Shown in pieces: positions 32,378-41,142 of a DNA stretch of 64,000 nt. Under the pieces are notes generated by a model, which was not told where the DNA came from, did not search any database, and worked only from the letters and a program-made list of their open reading frames with translations. Made by a program: the position numbers and the translations under genes. The first letter of the stretch is position 1, and the number at the start of each line of letters is the position of its first letter. The stretch is from Gammaproteobacteria bacterium (GTDB lineage: Bacteria > Pseudomonadota > Gammaproteobacteria > UBA4575), in assembly GCA_965222615.1 (NCBI GenBank), contig CBDCUI010000008.1:448001-512000 (forward strand), read 5' to 3'.

Positions 32378-33793
32378 GTGGCAGAACTAACAACCATCGG
32401 TACAGACTTTAATGCAACCAATACAGAAAGCCTGCGCACGCCCCCCTATTCATTAGAAGCTGAGCAAGCTGTCCTTGGCGGGTTGTTACTAGATAATAGC
32501 GCTTGGGATCAAATTGCTGACAAGCTAAATGAGACAGATTTTCATTTATTTGATCATCGTTTAATTTTTCGCGCCATCGATGAACTGGTCGACAAGTGTC
32601 AGCCCTTTGATGTGCTCACGTTATCTGACCTGCTACGTCAAAGGAGTGAAATTAAAGATACCAATATTCTGGCTTATCTGGGGAGCCTTGCTAATGAGAT
32701 TCCCAGTGCAGCAAATATCACTGCTTATGCAGATATCGTTAGAGAAAAATCCGTATTGCGTCAGTTAGTACAAGTTGGTACGGAAATAGCCTCCAGTGGT
32801 TATTCACAAGACGGCAAAGAAATTAATCAACTTCTTGATGAGGCCGAGCAAAAAATATTTCAAATTACCGATCGTAGTGCGCAAGTAGGACAAGGCTTTG
32901 TCAATATTAAATCACTATTGAAAACCACAGTTGAACAGATTGATGAGTTATTTGAACGCGATGACCATATAACAGGAATTCCGAGTGGTTTTGATGAATT
33001 TGATGAAAAAACTGCGGGTTTGCAAGATGGCGAATTGATTATTATAGCGGGTCGTCCCTCTATGGGTAAAACCAGCTTAGCAATGAACATCGTTGAGTAT
33101 GCAGCACTACGTAATAAAGCATGCGTAGCTATTTTTAGTATGGAAATGCCGGCCCGCTCTTTAACAATGCGAATGCTGTCTTCAATGGGTCGTATTGATC
33201 AACAACGGGTGCGTACTGGTAAGTTAACAGATGATGATTGGCCACGTTTGACTAGTGCAGTATCCATGTTATCGGAAGCGAATTTATATATTGATGATTC
33301 TGCCGCACTTTCTCCAACTGAATTACGTGCAAGGGCACGTCGTTTAAAACGTGAACATAATTTATCGTTAATTGTCGTTGATTATTTACAGCTGATGAAG
33401 ATCAGTGGTACATCTGAAAATCGTGCTACAGAAATCTCTGAGATTTCACGTTCTTTAAAGGCATTGGCCAAAGAATTAAATGTGCCCATCATTGCCCTAT
33501 CTCAGTTGAACCGAAGTTTAGAACAGCGTACTGATAAAAGACCGGTGATGTCTGATTTGCGAGAGTCAGGCGCGATTGAGCAAGACGCCGATCTAATTGT
33601 GTTTATCTATCGAGATGAGGTGTATAACGAAGATTCTCCAGAGCAAGGGACAGCAGAAATTATTGTAGGTAAGCAACGCAATGGTCCTATATTCAAAACT
33701 CGACTTACTTTTTTAGGCCAGTACACGCGATTTGAAAACTATGTTCCTGAAATCTATACCGGAGAAAATTTTAGCGGAGATAGCTTTACATGA
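32378..33793 (+). CDS. dnaB: Replicative DNA helicase
   Basis: PPYSLEAEQAVLG, AGRPSMGKT, VDYLQL, SQLNR, DLRESGAIEQDAD, KQRNGP. Confidence 0.99.
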   Translation: MAELTTIGTDFNATNTESLRTPPYSLEAEQAVLGGLLLDNSAWDQIADKLNETDFHLFDHRLIFRAIDELVDKCQPFDVLTLSDLLRQRSEIKDTNILAYLGSLANEIPSAANITAYADIVREKSVLRQLVQVGTEIASSGYSQDGKEINQLLDEAEQKIFQITDRSAQVGQGFVNIKSLLKTTVEQIDELFERDDHITGIPSGFDEFDEKTAGLQDGELIIIAGRPSMGKTSLAMNIVEYAALRNKACVAIFSMEMPARSLTMRMLSSMGRIDQQRVRTGKLTDDDWPRLTSAVSMLSEANLYIDDSAALSPTELRARARRLKREHNLSLIVVDYLQLMKISGTSENRATEISEISRSLKALAKELNVPIIALSQLNRSLEQRTDKRPVMSDLRESGAIEQDADLIVFIYRDEVYNEDSPEQGTAEIIVGKQRNGPIFKTRLTFLGQYTRFENYVPEIYTGENFSGDSFT

Positions 33794-34872
33794 GGCGAGC
33801 GGCGTACGCGCTGATTAACCTTTCTTATCTAAAAAACAATCTTGCAATCACAAGAAAGATTGTAAGTTCTTGCAAAATTATGGCAGTGGTTAAGGCCGAT
33901 GCCTATGGTCATGGGGTATTACAAGTTTGTAAAAGTTTGTCTGCTGCAGATGCATTTGGTGTGGCATATATAAGTGAAGCAATGGAATTACGTGAAAGCG
34001 GGGTGGGTAAACCAGTTTTGGCATTACAGGGATTTAATACAAGCAAAGAGCTAGACCTTGCGATAACGAATGACATTCAAGTTGTTATTCATCAATCTGA
34101 ACAATTAAAAATATTACAAAGTGTTTCGCTTACAAAGCCCTTAGATGTATACGTTAAGCTCGATACGGGTATGCATCGCCTTGGTTTTGAGCCAGTGTTA
34201 TTTAAACAAATTATCACCGAAATAAAATCCATTTTGCCAGCGAAATCCAATCTAAGTGTGATGACTCATTTAGCTTGTACAGATGAGGTGAATAATTCCG
34301 CCACACAACAACAATTAGCCGAATTTGATCATGCCCTGGTTGATCAGTATTACACACAAAGTGTGGCGAATTCCGCGGGGATTTTGGCGTGGCCACAATC
34401 TCATCGTGATTGGGTGCGACCGGGATTGATGCTCTATGGCCTAAATCCGTTGCAAGAGGCAGATGGACTGAGCATGCCGGGAAAAATACGGCCTGTGATG
34501 AGTCTTCGTGCCCCTTTTATTTCGATAAAGATTTGTAAAAAAGGCGCTAGAATTGGTTATGGTGGCGATTATTGTTGTCCCCGTGATATGGTCATAGGTG
34601 TGGTAGCCGCGGGTTACGCAGATGGGTACCCTCGGCATTTATCCCAAGCACCTAAATGTATGGTCCATGGGAAGCTTGTATCAATTGTTGGGCGGGTTTC
34701 AATGGATATGATTACGGTAGATCTATCAAACGTACAGGCAAAAGTGGGTGATGAGGTTGAGCTATGGGGAGAGCATGTTTCGGTAACGGATATCGCAAGG
34801 GATGCTGAAACCATTAGCTATGAGTTGTTGTGTGCTGCAGGCAACGCTGTGCATCGAAAGTACGTAGAATGA
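33790..34872 (+). CDS. alr: Alanine racemase
   Basis: AVVKADAYGHG, DTGMHRLG, GYADGYPR, GRVSMD. Confidence 0.97.
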   Translation: MRRAAYALINLSYLKNNLAITRKIVSSCKIMAVVKADAYGHGVLQVCKSLSAADAFGVAYISEAMELRESGVGKPVLALQGFNTSKELDLAITNDIQVVIHQSEQLKILQSVSLTKPLDVYVKLDTGMHRLGFEPVLFKQIITEIKSILPAKSNLSVMTHLACTDEVNNSATQQQLAEFDHALVDQYYTQSVANSAGILAWPQSHRDWVRPGLMLYGLNPLQEADGLSMPGKIRPVMSLRAPFISIKICKKGARIGYGGDYCCPRDMVIGVVAAGYADGYPRHLSQAPKCMVHGKLVSIVGRVSMDMITVDLSNVQAKVGDEVELWGEHVSVTDIARDAETISYELLCAAGNAVHRKYVE

Positions 34873-34909
34873 GTTCTCTATATAAAAATATATTTTTGGG
34901 TGGTCTAGC

Positions 34910-36571
34910 ATGGAAAAAGTTTGGTTAAAAAGCTATCCACAAGGTATTCCTGAAAATACCAATTTAGATCAATATAAATCTTTAGCACATATGTTTGATG
35001 AAAGTGCTGAACGGTATAGTTCGCTTCCTGCGTTTGCCAATATGGGGACCAGTTTAAGTTTTTCTGAACTTAATATCGAAAGCTATAACTTTGCTGCATA
35101 TTTACAGGCAGAACTGGGGCTAAGTAAAGGTGAACGCGTGGCCATTATGTTGCCAAATCTTTTACAGTTTCCGGTTGCAATGTACGGAGTCTTGCGTGCG
35201 GGCTTGGTGGCGGTTGATGTGAACCCTTTATATACTTCTCATGAACTTGGACATTACTTAAAAGATTCCGGTGCAAAAGCGATTGTAATACTAGAGAATT
35301 TTGCAGATGTATTGGCTGAAGTTATTAATGACACACCAGTAGAACATGTAATTCTTACACGTGTAGGTGATTTACTAAGCTTTCCAAAGTCTGCAATTGT
35401 TAACTTTGTTTTAAAGTATATACAGAAAAAAATTCCAAAATATAAATTAAGCAAGATCATCCCATTTAAAGAAGTCCTTGCAGTAGGGCAACAAAGACAA
35501 CTTGCAAAACCTGAAATCACTAAAGACGATCTTGCCTTTTTGCAATTTACAGGGGGTACAACGGGTTTAGCCAAAGGCGCAATGCTGACACATGGAAATT
35601 TGCTGGCTAATGTTTCTCAAGCAGAAGCATGGTTTAAACCGATTCTTGAAGAAGAGAAAGAAATTGTAATCACTGCATTACCGCTGTATCACATTTTCTC
35701 TTTGACTGCGAACTGTTTTTTATTTACGCGTATTGGTGGTTTAAATTACTTGATTACTAACCCGCGCGATATGAAAGGCTTTGTTAAAGAGTTAGGTAAA
35801 GTTAAATTTTCAGTGATTACTGGTGTAAATACGTTGTTTAATGGTTTGTTAAATACAGAAGGTTTTGCTGATTTAGATTTTTCGAATCTCAAAGTAACGC
35901 TTGGTGGTGGCATGGCCGTGCAGGAATCTGTTGCCGAAGAATGGCACCAAGTCACCGGAAATGTTTTAGCTGAAGCATATGGTTTAACGGAAGCTTCCCC
36001 TGCCGTTACTATTAACCCAATTACTTTAGAAAAATATAATGGTTCAATTGGATTACCCATTCCAAATACAGAAATTTCTATACAAGACGACGAAGGTAAG
36101 CATCTAGGAATTGGAGAAGCCGGCGAACTTTGTGTACGCGGACCTCAAGTTATGAAGGGTTATTGGAATCGCCCAGAAGAAACCAAAGCCGTATTAAGTG
36201 ATGAGGGTTGGTTACGAACAGGTGATATTGCCACAGTGGATGAACAAGGTTTTGTGCGAATTGTAGATCGTAAAAAGGATATGATCTTGGTTTCCGGATT
36301 TAATGTTTATCCTAACGAAATTGAAAATGTAGTTGCAGCCCATGCAGGAGTGTTGGAAGTGGCTGCGGTAGGGGTTGATGATGAAGAGTCAGGTGAAGTC
36401 GTCAAGCTATTTATCGTCAAGAAAGATCCCAATTTGACCGAGGAAGATGTGTTAGAGCATTGTAAGGACCGCCTGACACGCTATAAATGGCCTAAGCATA
36501 TCGAGTTTCGTGAGGAGTTACCCAAGACCAACGTCGGTAAAATCCTGCGTCGCGCACTTCGTGACGAGTAG
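34910..36571 (+). CDS. fadD: Long-chain-fatty-acid-CoA ligase
   Basis: FTGGTTGLAKGA, YGLTE, GWLRTGD, DRKKDMILVSGFNVYP, PKTNVGK. Confidence 0.95.
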   Translation: MEKVWLKSYPQGIPENTNLDQYKSLAHMFDESAERYSSLPAFANMGTSLSFSELNIESYNFAAYLQAELGLSKGERVAIMLPNLLQFPVAMYGVLRAGLVAVDVNPLYTSHELGHYLKDSGAKAIVILENFADVLAEVINDTPVEHVILTRVGDLLSFPKSAIVNFVLKYIQKKIPKYKLSKIIPFKEVLAVGQQRQLAKPEITKDDLAFLQFTGGTTGLAKGAMLTHGNLLANVSQAEAWFKPILEEEKEIVITALPLYHIFSLTANCFLFTRIGGLNYLITNPRDMKGFVKELGKVKFSVITGVNTLFNGLLNTEGFADLDFSNLKVTLGGGMAVQESVAEEWHQVTGNVLAEAYGLTEASPAVTINPITLEKYNGSIGLPIPNTEISIQDDEGKHLGIGEAGELCVRGPQVMKGYWNRPEETKAVLSDEGWLRTGDIATVDEQGFVRIVDRKKDMILVSGFNVYPNEIENVVAAHAGVLEVAAVGVDDEESGEVVKLFIVKKDPNLTEEDVLEHCKDRLTRYKWPKHIEFREELPKTNVGKILRRALRDE

Positions 36572-36783
36572 TAAAGACTCAGTTGCCCCAAGGTAGTTAG
36601 AGTTGAAAAGAAAAGAAATACTGGATTTTTGTTCAAATTCCCATCAAATTTTGAGGTATTTGACTAAAATGTGACGAAATTCCGTTGATCCTACCTCGGA
36701 TATCCGTAACTATAGCCAAATCATCTCATTCCCCAAACAAGGCCTTTGCGGGCGATGGCAAAGCATTAGGAGTTGGTAATAAT

Positions 36784-37281
36784 TTGAAATCGTACGAGCA
36801 GACAGAAGATGCCAAAGATGCCCAGCTTGCAATAGAGCGCCGTGATCGTACGGATCGCCGTAGACCGTCGTTAAAAGGGTTTGTCTATGGTTTATTTCGC
36901 GCGCGACGCAGAGGTCCTAGAAGAGCGGAAAATTATTTAAGCCACCACACCGATTGGTACGATGTAAAACTCTTGGTGCTATCCCTGAGTTTACTTTTGC
37001 TTTCTTGTCTAGATGCTGCCATGACCATGAAGTTATTGTCTTTTGGTGCAGTTGAGATAAATCCTATTATGGATGAGTTATTGAAGCAGGGGACGAAGTA
37101 TTTTGTGGCGATTAAAATTGCAGTTACTGCATTGTGCATTATCGTATTAGTAGCACATAATCGGTTTAAAATATTTAATACTGTCCGTGTAGATATATTG
37201 TTAATCGCAGCAGTATTTATTTATCTAGGGTTAGTTACTTATGAGTTCTACCTCTTCACTCTAGGTGCACCAACTGTTTAG
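36784..37281 (+). CDS. DUF5658-like membrane protein with arginine-rich N-terminus
   Basis: ERRDRTDRRRP, RRRGPRR, then LSCLDAAMT..GAVEINPIM and three TMs; TTG start at 36784 after AGGAG (track start 36685). Confidence 0.75.
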   Translation: MKSYEQTEDAKDAQLAIERRDRTDRRRPSLKGFVYGLFRARRRGPRRAENYLSHHTDWYDVKLLVLSLSLLLLSCLDAAMTMKLLSFGAVEINPIMDELLKQGTKYFVAIKIAVTALCIIVLVAHNRFKIFNTVRVDILLIAAVFIYLGLVTYEFYLFTLGAPTV

Positions 37282-37290
37282 TATTAATAC

Positions 37291-37635
37291 TTAGTGCAAG
37301 TTTTCATTTGAATCACGACGAATTTTAGAGAGCTGTTTTTTCCAAAGAGTTATATTTTCAGGATTAATACCTTTTTCTATGCTATCTAGCCATTGATCAT
37401 GGCAATACATAACAAGCTCTAAACCATCATCAGTAAAATCTGAAAGTTTTATTTCAAAACTTTGCCATTCTTCAATATTTTTGGGCATGTTTTGTTTAAA
37501 TAGTTTGCTTTCAATTAAGAAGCCAAGAAGTGGCTCATAACGAGACTTGAATTTTTTAATGGCATCCATTTGAGCAGCACTGTCCATGTCCGCATAGATG
37601 TACCATTTACACGCATCGATTATGAATTCTTTCAT
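37291..37635 (-). CDS. Hypothetical protein, possibly immunity-like
   Basis: ATG with AAGGA SD; SDFTDDG..DQWL..KG.NP motif. Confidence 0.65.
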   Translation of the reverse strand: MKEFIIDACKWYIYADMDSAAQMDAIKKFKSRYEPLLGFLIESKLFKQNMPKNIEEWQSFEIKLSDFTDDGLELVMYCHDQWLDSIEKGINPENITLWKKQLSKIRRDSNENLH

Positions 37636-37800
37636 CGAGCATCCTTTTGTATATGTTATTTCCTTATAAAATGATGGCTCACTTATTGTTTAAGAAAACC
37701 ATAGGCGTATTGTTGTGGTAACAGGCTGGTAAATTCAATAACTGATATAGCAAGTTGTCTGTCAATAATTACCACTTGTCCTGGTTTAATATTTTTTAAC

Positions 37801-38565
37801 TTATACTTTAACGATCACAGAGTTGAAAAACCGTGAATAAACTTGTAAGGCTAAATCTTTGGCGTGGCCCAAATGTTCAGCGAGGGCAAGGTCAATTCCA
37901 CGAAAGTTGATATCGGTTGGACTACCTTGTTTATCATCAGATATATACAGAGGCGAATCACGATTCGTCAATAAAAAAGTTCTAGATATTGTGTTTTCAA
38001 CGGGTATATCAAGTGACATATAGTTAAGTGATGAAGCATGTTGTTTCGCATGTTGCTTGGCTGCAGTTGTAATATCGTCAAAGCGTGCAGATAAGACATC
38101 ACCTTGTTGATTTCCAAACCATTTATTTAATTGCTTACTTTGAATATTTAAGATCTCATCACCATGGATACTACCTAGTTCACTGATTGCATAAACGTAA
38201 AAGGTATAAAGTTGATATAGTTTTATCGAATTTTGAAAAACGGATAAAAATGCTTGTGGAGTAGAATCATCTGCTTTTACTGAATAGTTGAAAGGTGGTA
38301 AGTCATTGAGTAGTAGATGAAGTGGGTAGAATGCAACATTCTTAATGGTTCGTACCTCGCTTTTTAAGGCTTCATCTTCTGGGCCTAAGTGGTATTCCTG
38401 TAAACTAAGCAGGGCCGAAGATTTGCGATTTGCGACTTCATTAGCGGTGAGCCCCCATAAATCTGGGTAGTTGTCTTTATTTTTAGGCTGCGGTAAAGCC
38501 ACTGAAATTCTCCTCAAATGTAAGGTATTTCTGAGATTTAAAGCTGATTTTAGAAGTGGAGGCAA
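37801..38565 (-). CDS. Hypothetical protein
   Basis: 254-codon ORF with no competing frame; start uncertain. Confidence 0.55.
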   Translation of the reverse strand: MPPLLKSALNLRNTLHLRRISVALPQPKNKDNYPDLWGLTANEVANRKSSALLSLQEYHLGPEDEALKSEVRTIKNVAFYPLHLLLNDLPPFNYSVKADDSTPQAFLSVFQNSIKLYQLYTFYVYAISELGSIHGDEILNIQSKQLNKWFGNQQGDVLSARFDDITTAAKQHAKQHASSLNYMSLDIPVENTISRTFLLTNRDSPLYISDDKQGSPTDINFRGIDLALAEHLGHAKDLALQVYSRFFNSVIVKV

Positions 38566-38776
38566 TTAGGACGCTACCGGCACGAGATCACACGTCATAT
38601 CTAATAGATGGATGGATTCAGTATATTTTCTCTAGTTGTGTAAACTCAGAAATTGACTAAATTTGTAGCTATGCCAGATGATTATAGAGATCAAATGGCG
38701 GAGACGGCCTATCCAATCTAATGGCAAAGGGTTAATATGAGGACATTCTGCAAATCTTACAATAAAGCAAAGTAAC

Positions 38777-39307
38777 ATGAGTGCAGCAAAAAAATCTATT
38801 AATGCTATGCTGAAATCAGAGAAAACTGATCTAGCTAATGGAAAGCTGATGGATAAGCAAAAAACTAGTGAGTTAGATACGCTTGATCAAATTAGGGAAA
38901 TGCTCTTTGGTGAGCAAGTTGCTGCATTGCATGAGAAATGTCAATTTTTAGATAGTAATCTAGAAAAAAATATTTCAGCTTTAAGAACTGAAATGAAATC
39001 TTCTATAGATGAGTTGAAGACATATATCGAGAAAAATATTGATCAGCTACAGAAACGTATCAATTCTGAAGAAACAGAACGAGAAGGCCTAGATGAGCGT
39101 CTTAGTACTTCACTAACTAATATTCACTCAGATATCAGCACAATGATTGATCTTGAAGCCAAACGGATTGATGAGGTGATCGAGCAGCATCACCAGGAGT
39201 ATGTACATCAGCTGGGTAAAGTAACTGAATCTTTAGTCAGTAAATTAGATAGAAAATCACTGGCTCAACTTTTTAATCAATTTGCTGATAACTTAGAAGG
39301 CTCATAA
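38777..39307 (+). CDS. Coiled-coil protein, first gene of a three-gene operon
   Basis: LDQIREMLFGEQ, heptad-rich body, C-terminal KLDRKSLAQLF. Confidence 0.85.
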   Translation: MSAAKKSINAMLKSEKTDLANGKLMDKQKTSELDTLDQIREMLFGEQVAALHEKCQFLDSNLEKNISALRTEMKSSIDELKTYIEKNIDQLQKRINSEETEREGLDERLSTSLTNIHSDISTMIDLEAKRIDEVIEQHHQEYVHQLGKVTESLVSKLDRKSLAQLFNQFADNLEGS

Positions 39308-39342
39308 GCGAAGTTATTGATGCTTCGCATCTGGCGAGAGTC

Positions 39343-41136
39343 ATGTTGCAGTCCCAAAAAAGTAATCGAGACACGAGTCTAAAGTCAAACCGTAGGCAAG
39401 CGACAGGCTTGAATGATCTAGACCAACTGCGCAAGTTACTTTTAGGAAGTGAATATCATGAACTTCTCGAGTTGCAGCGCGAGTTTTCAGATCATTCACA
39501 TACCAGCAAAAAAATTTCTGAAGTTATCTCTGAAGCTATTGCGCTGCGTTCAAAGCAGGATAATTCCCTAACCTATGCGCTAGCACCTTCTGTTGAAGAG
39601 GCAATTCATAGTTCGGTGAAGCGCAATCCAAGGCGATTAGCCAATGCTTTATTTCCAGTTATTGGACCAGCGATTAGAGAATCAGTTGCGGAAACGGTCA
39701 GTTCCATGATGCAGCAGGTGAACCAAGCTCTGGAAAACAGCTTTAGCATACGCTCGATTAAGTGGCGTATCGATGCATTACGTACTGATCGTACATTTGC
39801 AGAAGTTATGTTATCTGAAACTGTGCTTTACCAGGTAGAGCAAGTGTTTCTAATCCACCGTGAATCTGGTTTATTAATTAATCACCTTACCTCTAAAGAA
39901 GCAATTGTTAAAGATCCGGATATGGTTTCCGGCATGCTTACTGCAGTGACGGATTTTGTTAAAGATTCCTTCGTTGTTGATAAGCAACAAAATGTCAAAT
40001 CAATTAAATTCGGGCAGCTTAATTTATTATTTGAGGCGGGTCCTTATGCAATTCTTGTTGCTGCAGTTCGTGGTATCACGCCGCCGGATCTACAGATTAC
40101 ACTGCGCGAGCAGATAGAAGAGCTACATAGGTTATATAGTATGCAGCTCGAAACCTACGACGGGGAAGCACAGCAATTTCCCGACACCTATCCACAGTTA
40201 AACCGATGTCTATTAAGGAAAAGTATAAAAGAGTCGAGTGATAATCAAAGTAATATACCTTGGGCTGCAATTGTTACATTAAGTCTGCTTCTACTATTAC
40301 CTCTTGCTTGGTTAATCTTTCAAAAGATTGAGCAGTCTAGCGAGCAGTCTCAATGGAATAGTATTGTACAAGAGTTTCAACAGGAGCCCGGAGTAGTTAT
40401 TTTAGATTATCAAAAGCGAGATGGTGGATATATTGTAAGGGGATTGCGTGATTCACTGTCAAGAGATCCGCATGAGATTAGTTCAGCTATACAGGAATTC
40501 GAGCACCCAATCACCTGGAAATGGCAATCCTATTTTTCTAACGAAAAAAACATAGTATTACAGCGAATCAACAAGGTAATTGAACCACCACCAACCGTAA
40601 ATATCGATTACGACCGAGGAAAGTTAATATTATCTGGTAAAGCAGATTCAAATTGGATTGCAGAGCTATCGGCTAAGTTACCCTATGTTTGGGGTGTGCA
40701 AGAAATAGATTCGAGTGGACTTAAATCTAAGCTCGATTTCGAGCTGAAGTTACGACAGTTCATCGGTTCTCTTGAATCGATAGTCTTGGAATATCAGCCA
40801 AATGTATATGAACTAAAGCCTAATCAGTATAAGAAATTATCTGAAGTAGCAGAGTTAATTAGTGGGATAAATGAGGTTGCGGAAATGAAAAACGTCCAAT
40901 TAAAAATTGGGATTTTAGGTTTTGCGGATAAAACAGGCATAACCACAGTCAATCGCGAACTTAGTGAAAGACGTGCTCGAACTGTTCATGATGCGTTATT
41001 GAAGTTTGGTGTTCCTGAAGACTTAATGCTCGCGCAAGGATTGGGAGAGTTCGGATCTCGGGCGCGAGTTGCAAAATCTGCTAGTTGTGTGCATCAGCGT
41101 TGTGTAATATTTGAAGCTTATCCAAATCGGTTTTAA
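39343..41136 (+). CDS. Membrane protein: cytoplasmic helical and roadblock/longin-like region, TM, BON-like and OmpA-like domains
   Basis: LANALFPVIGPAIR, YQVEQVFLIHRESGLL, DMVSGMLTAVTDFVKDSF; TM IPWAAIVTLSLLLLL; GFADKTG..NRELSERRA OmpA_C motif. Confidence 0.85.
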   Translation: MLQSQKSNRDTSLKSNRRQATGLNDLDQLRKLLLGSEYHELLELQREFSDHSHTSKKISEVISEAIALRSKQDNSLTYALAPSVEEAIHSSVKRNPRRLANALFPVIGPAIRESVAETVSSMMQQVNQALENSFSIRSIKWRIDALRTDRTFAEVMLSETVLYQVEQVFLIHRESGLLINHLTSKEAIVKDPDMVSGMLTAVTDFVKDSFVVDKQQNVKSIKFGQLNLLFEAGPYAILVAAVRGITPPDLQITLREQIEELHRLYSMQLETYDGEAQQFPDTYPQLNRCLLRKSIKESSDNQSNIPWAAIVTLSLLLLLPLAWLIFQKIEQSSEQSQWNSIVQEFQQEPGVVILDYQKRDGGYIVRGLRDSLSRDPHEISSAIQEFEHPITWKWQSYFSNEKNIVLQRINKVIEPPPTVNIDYDRGKLILSGKADSNWIAELSAKLPYVWGVQEIDSSGLKSKLDFELKLRQFIGSLESIVLEYQPNVYELKPNQYKKLSEVAELISGINEVAEMKNVQLKIGILGFADKTGITTVNRELSERRARTVHDALLKFGVPEDLMLAQGLGEFGSRARVAKSASCVHQRCVIFEAYPNRF

Positions 41137-41142
41137 TTTTTG

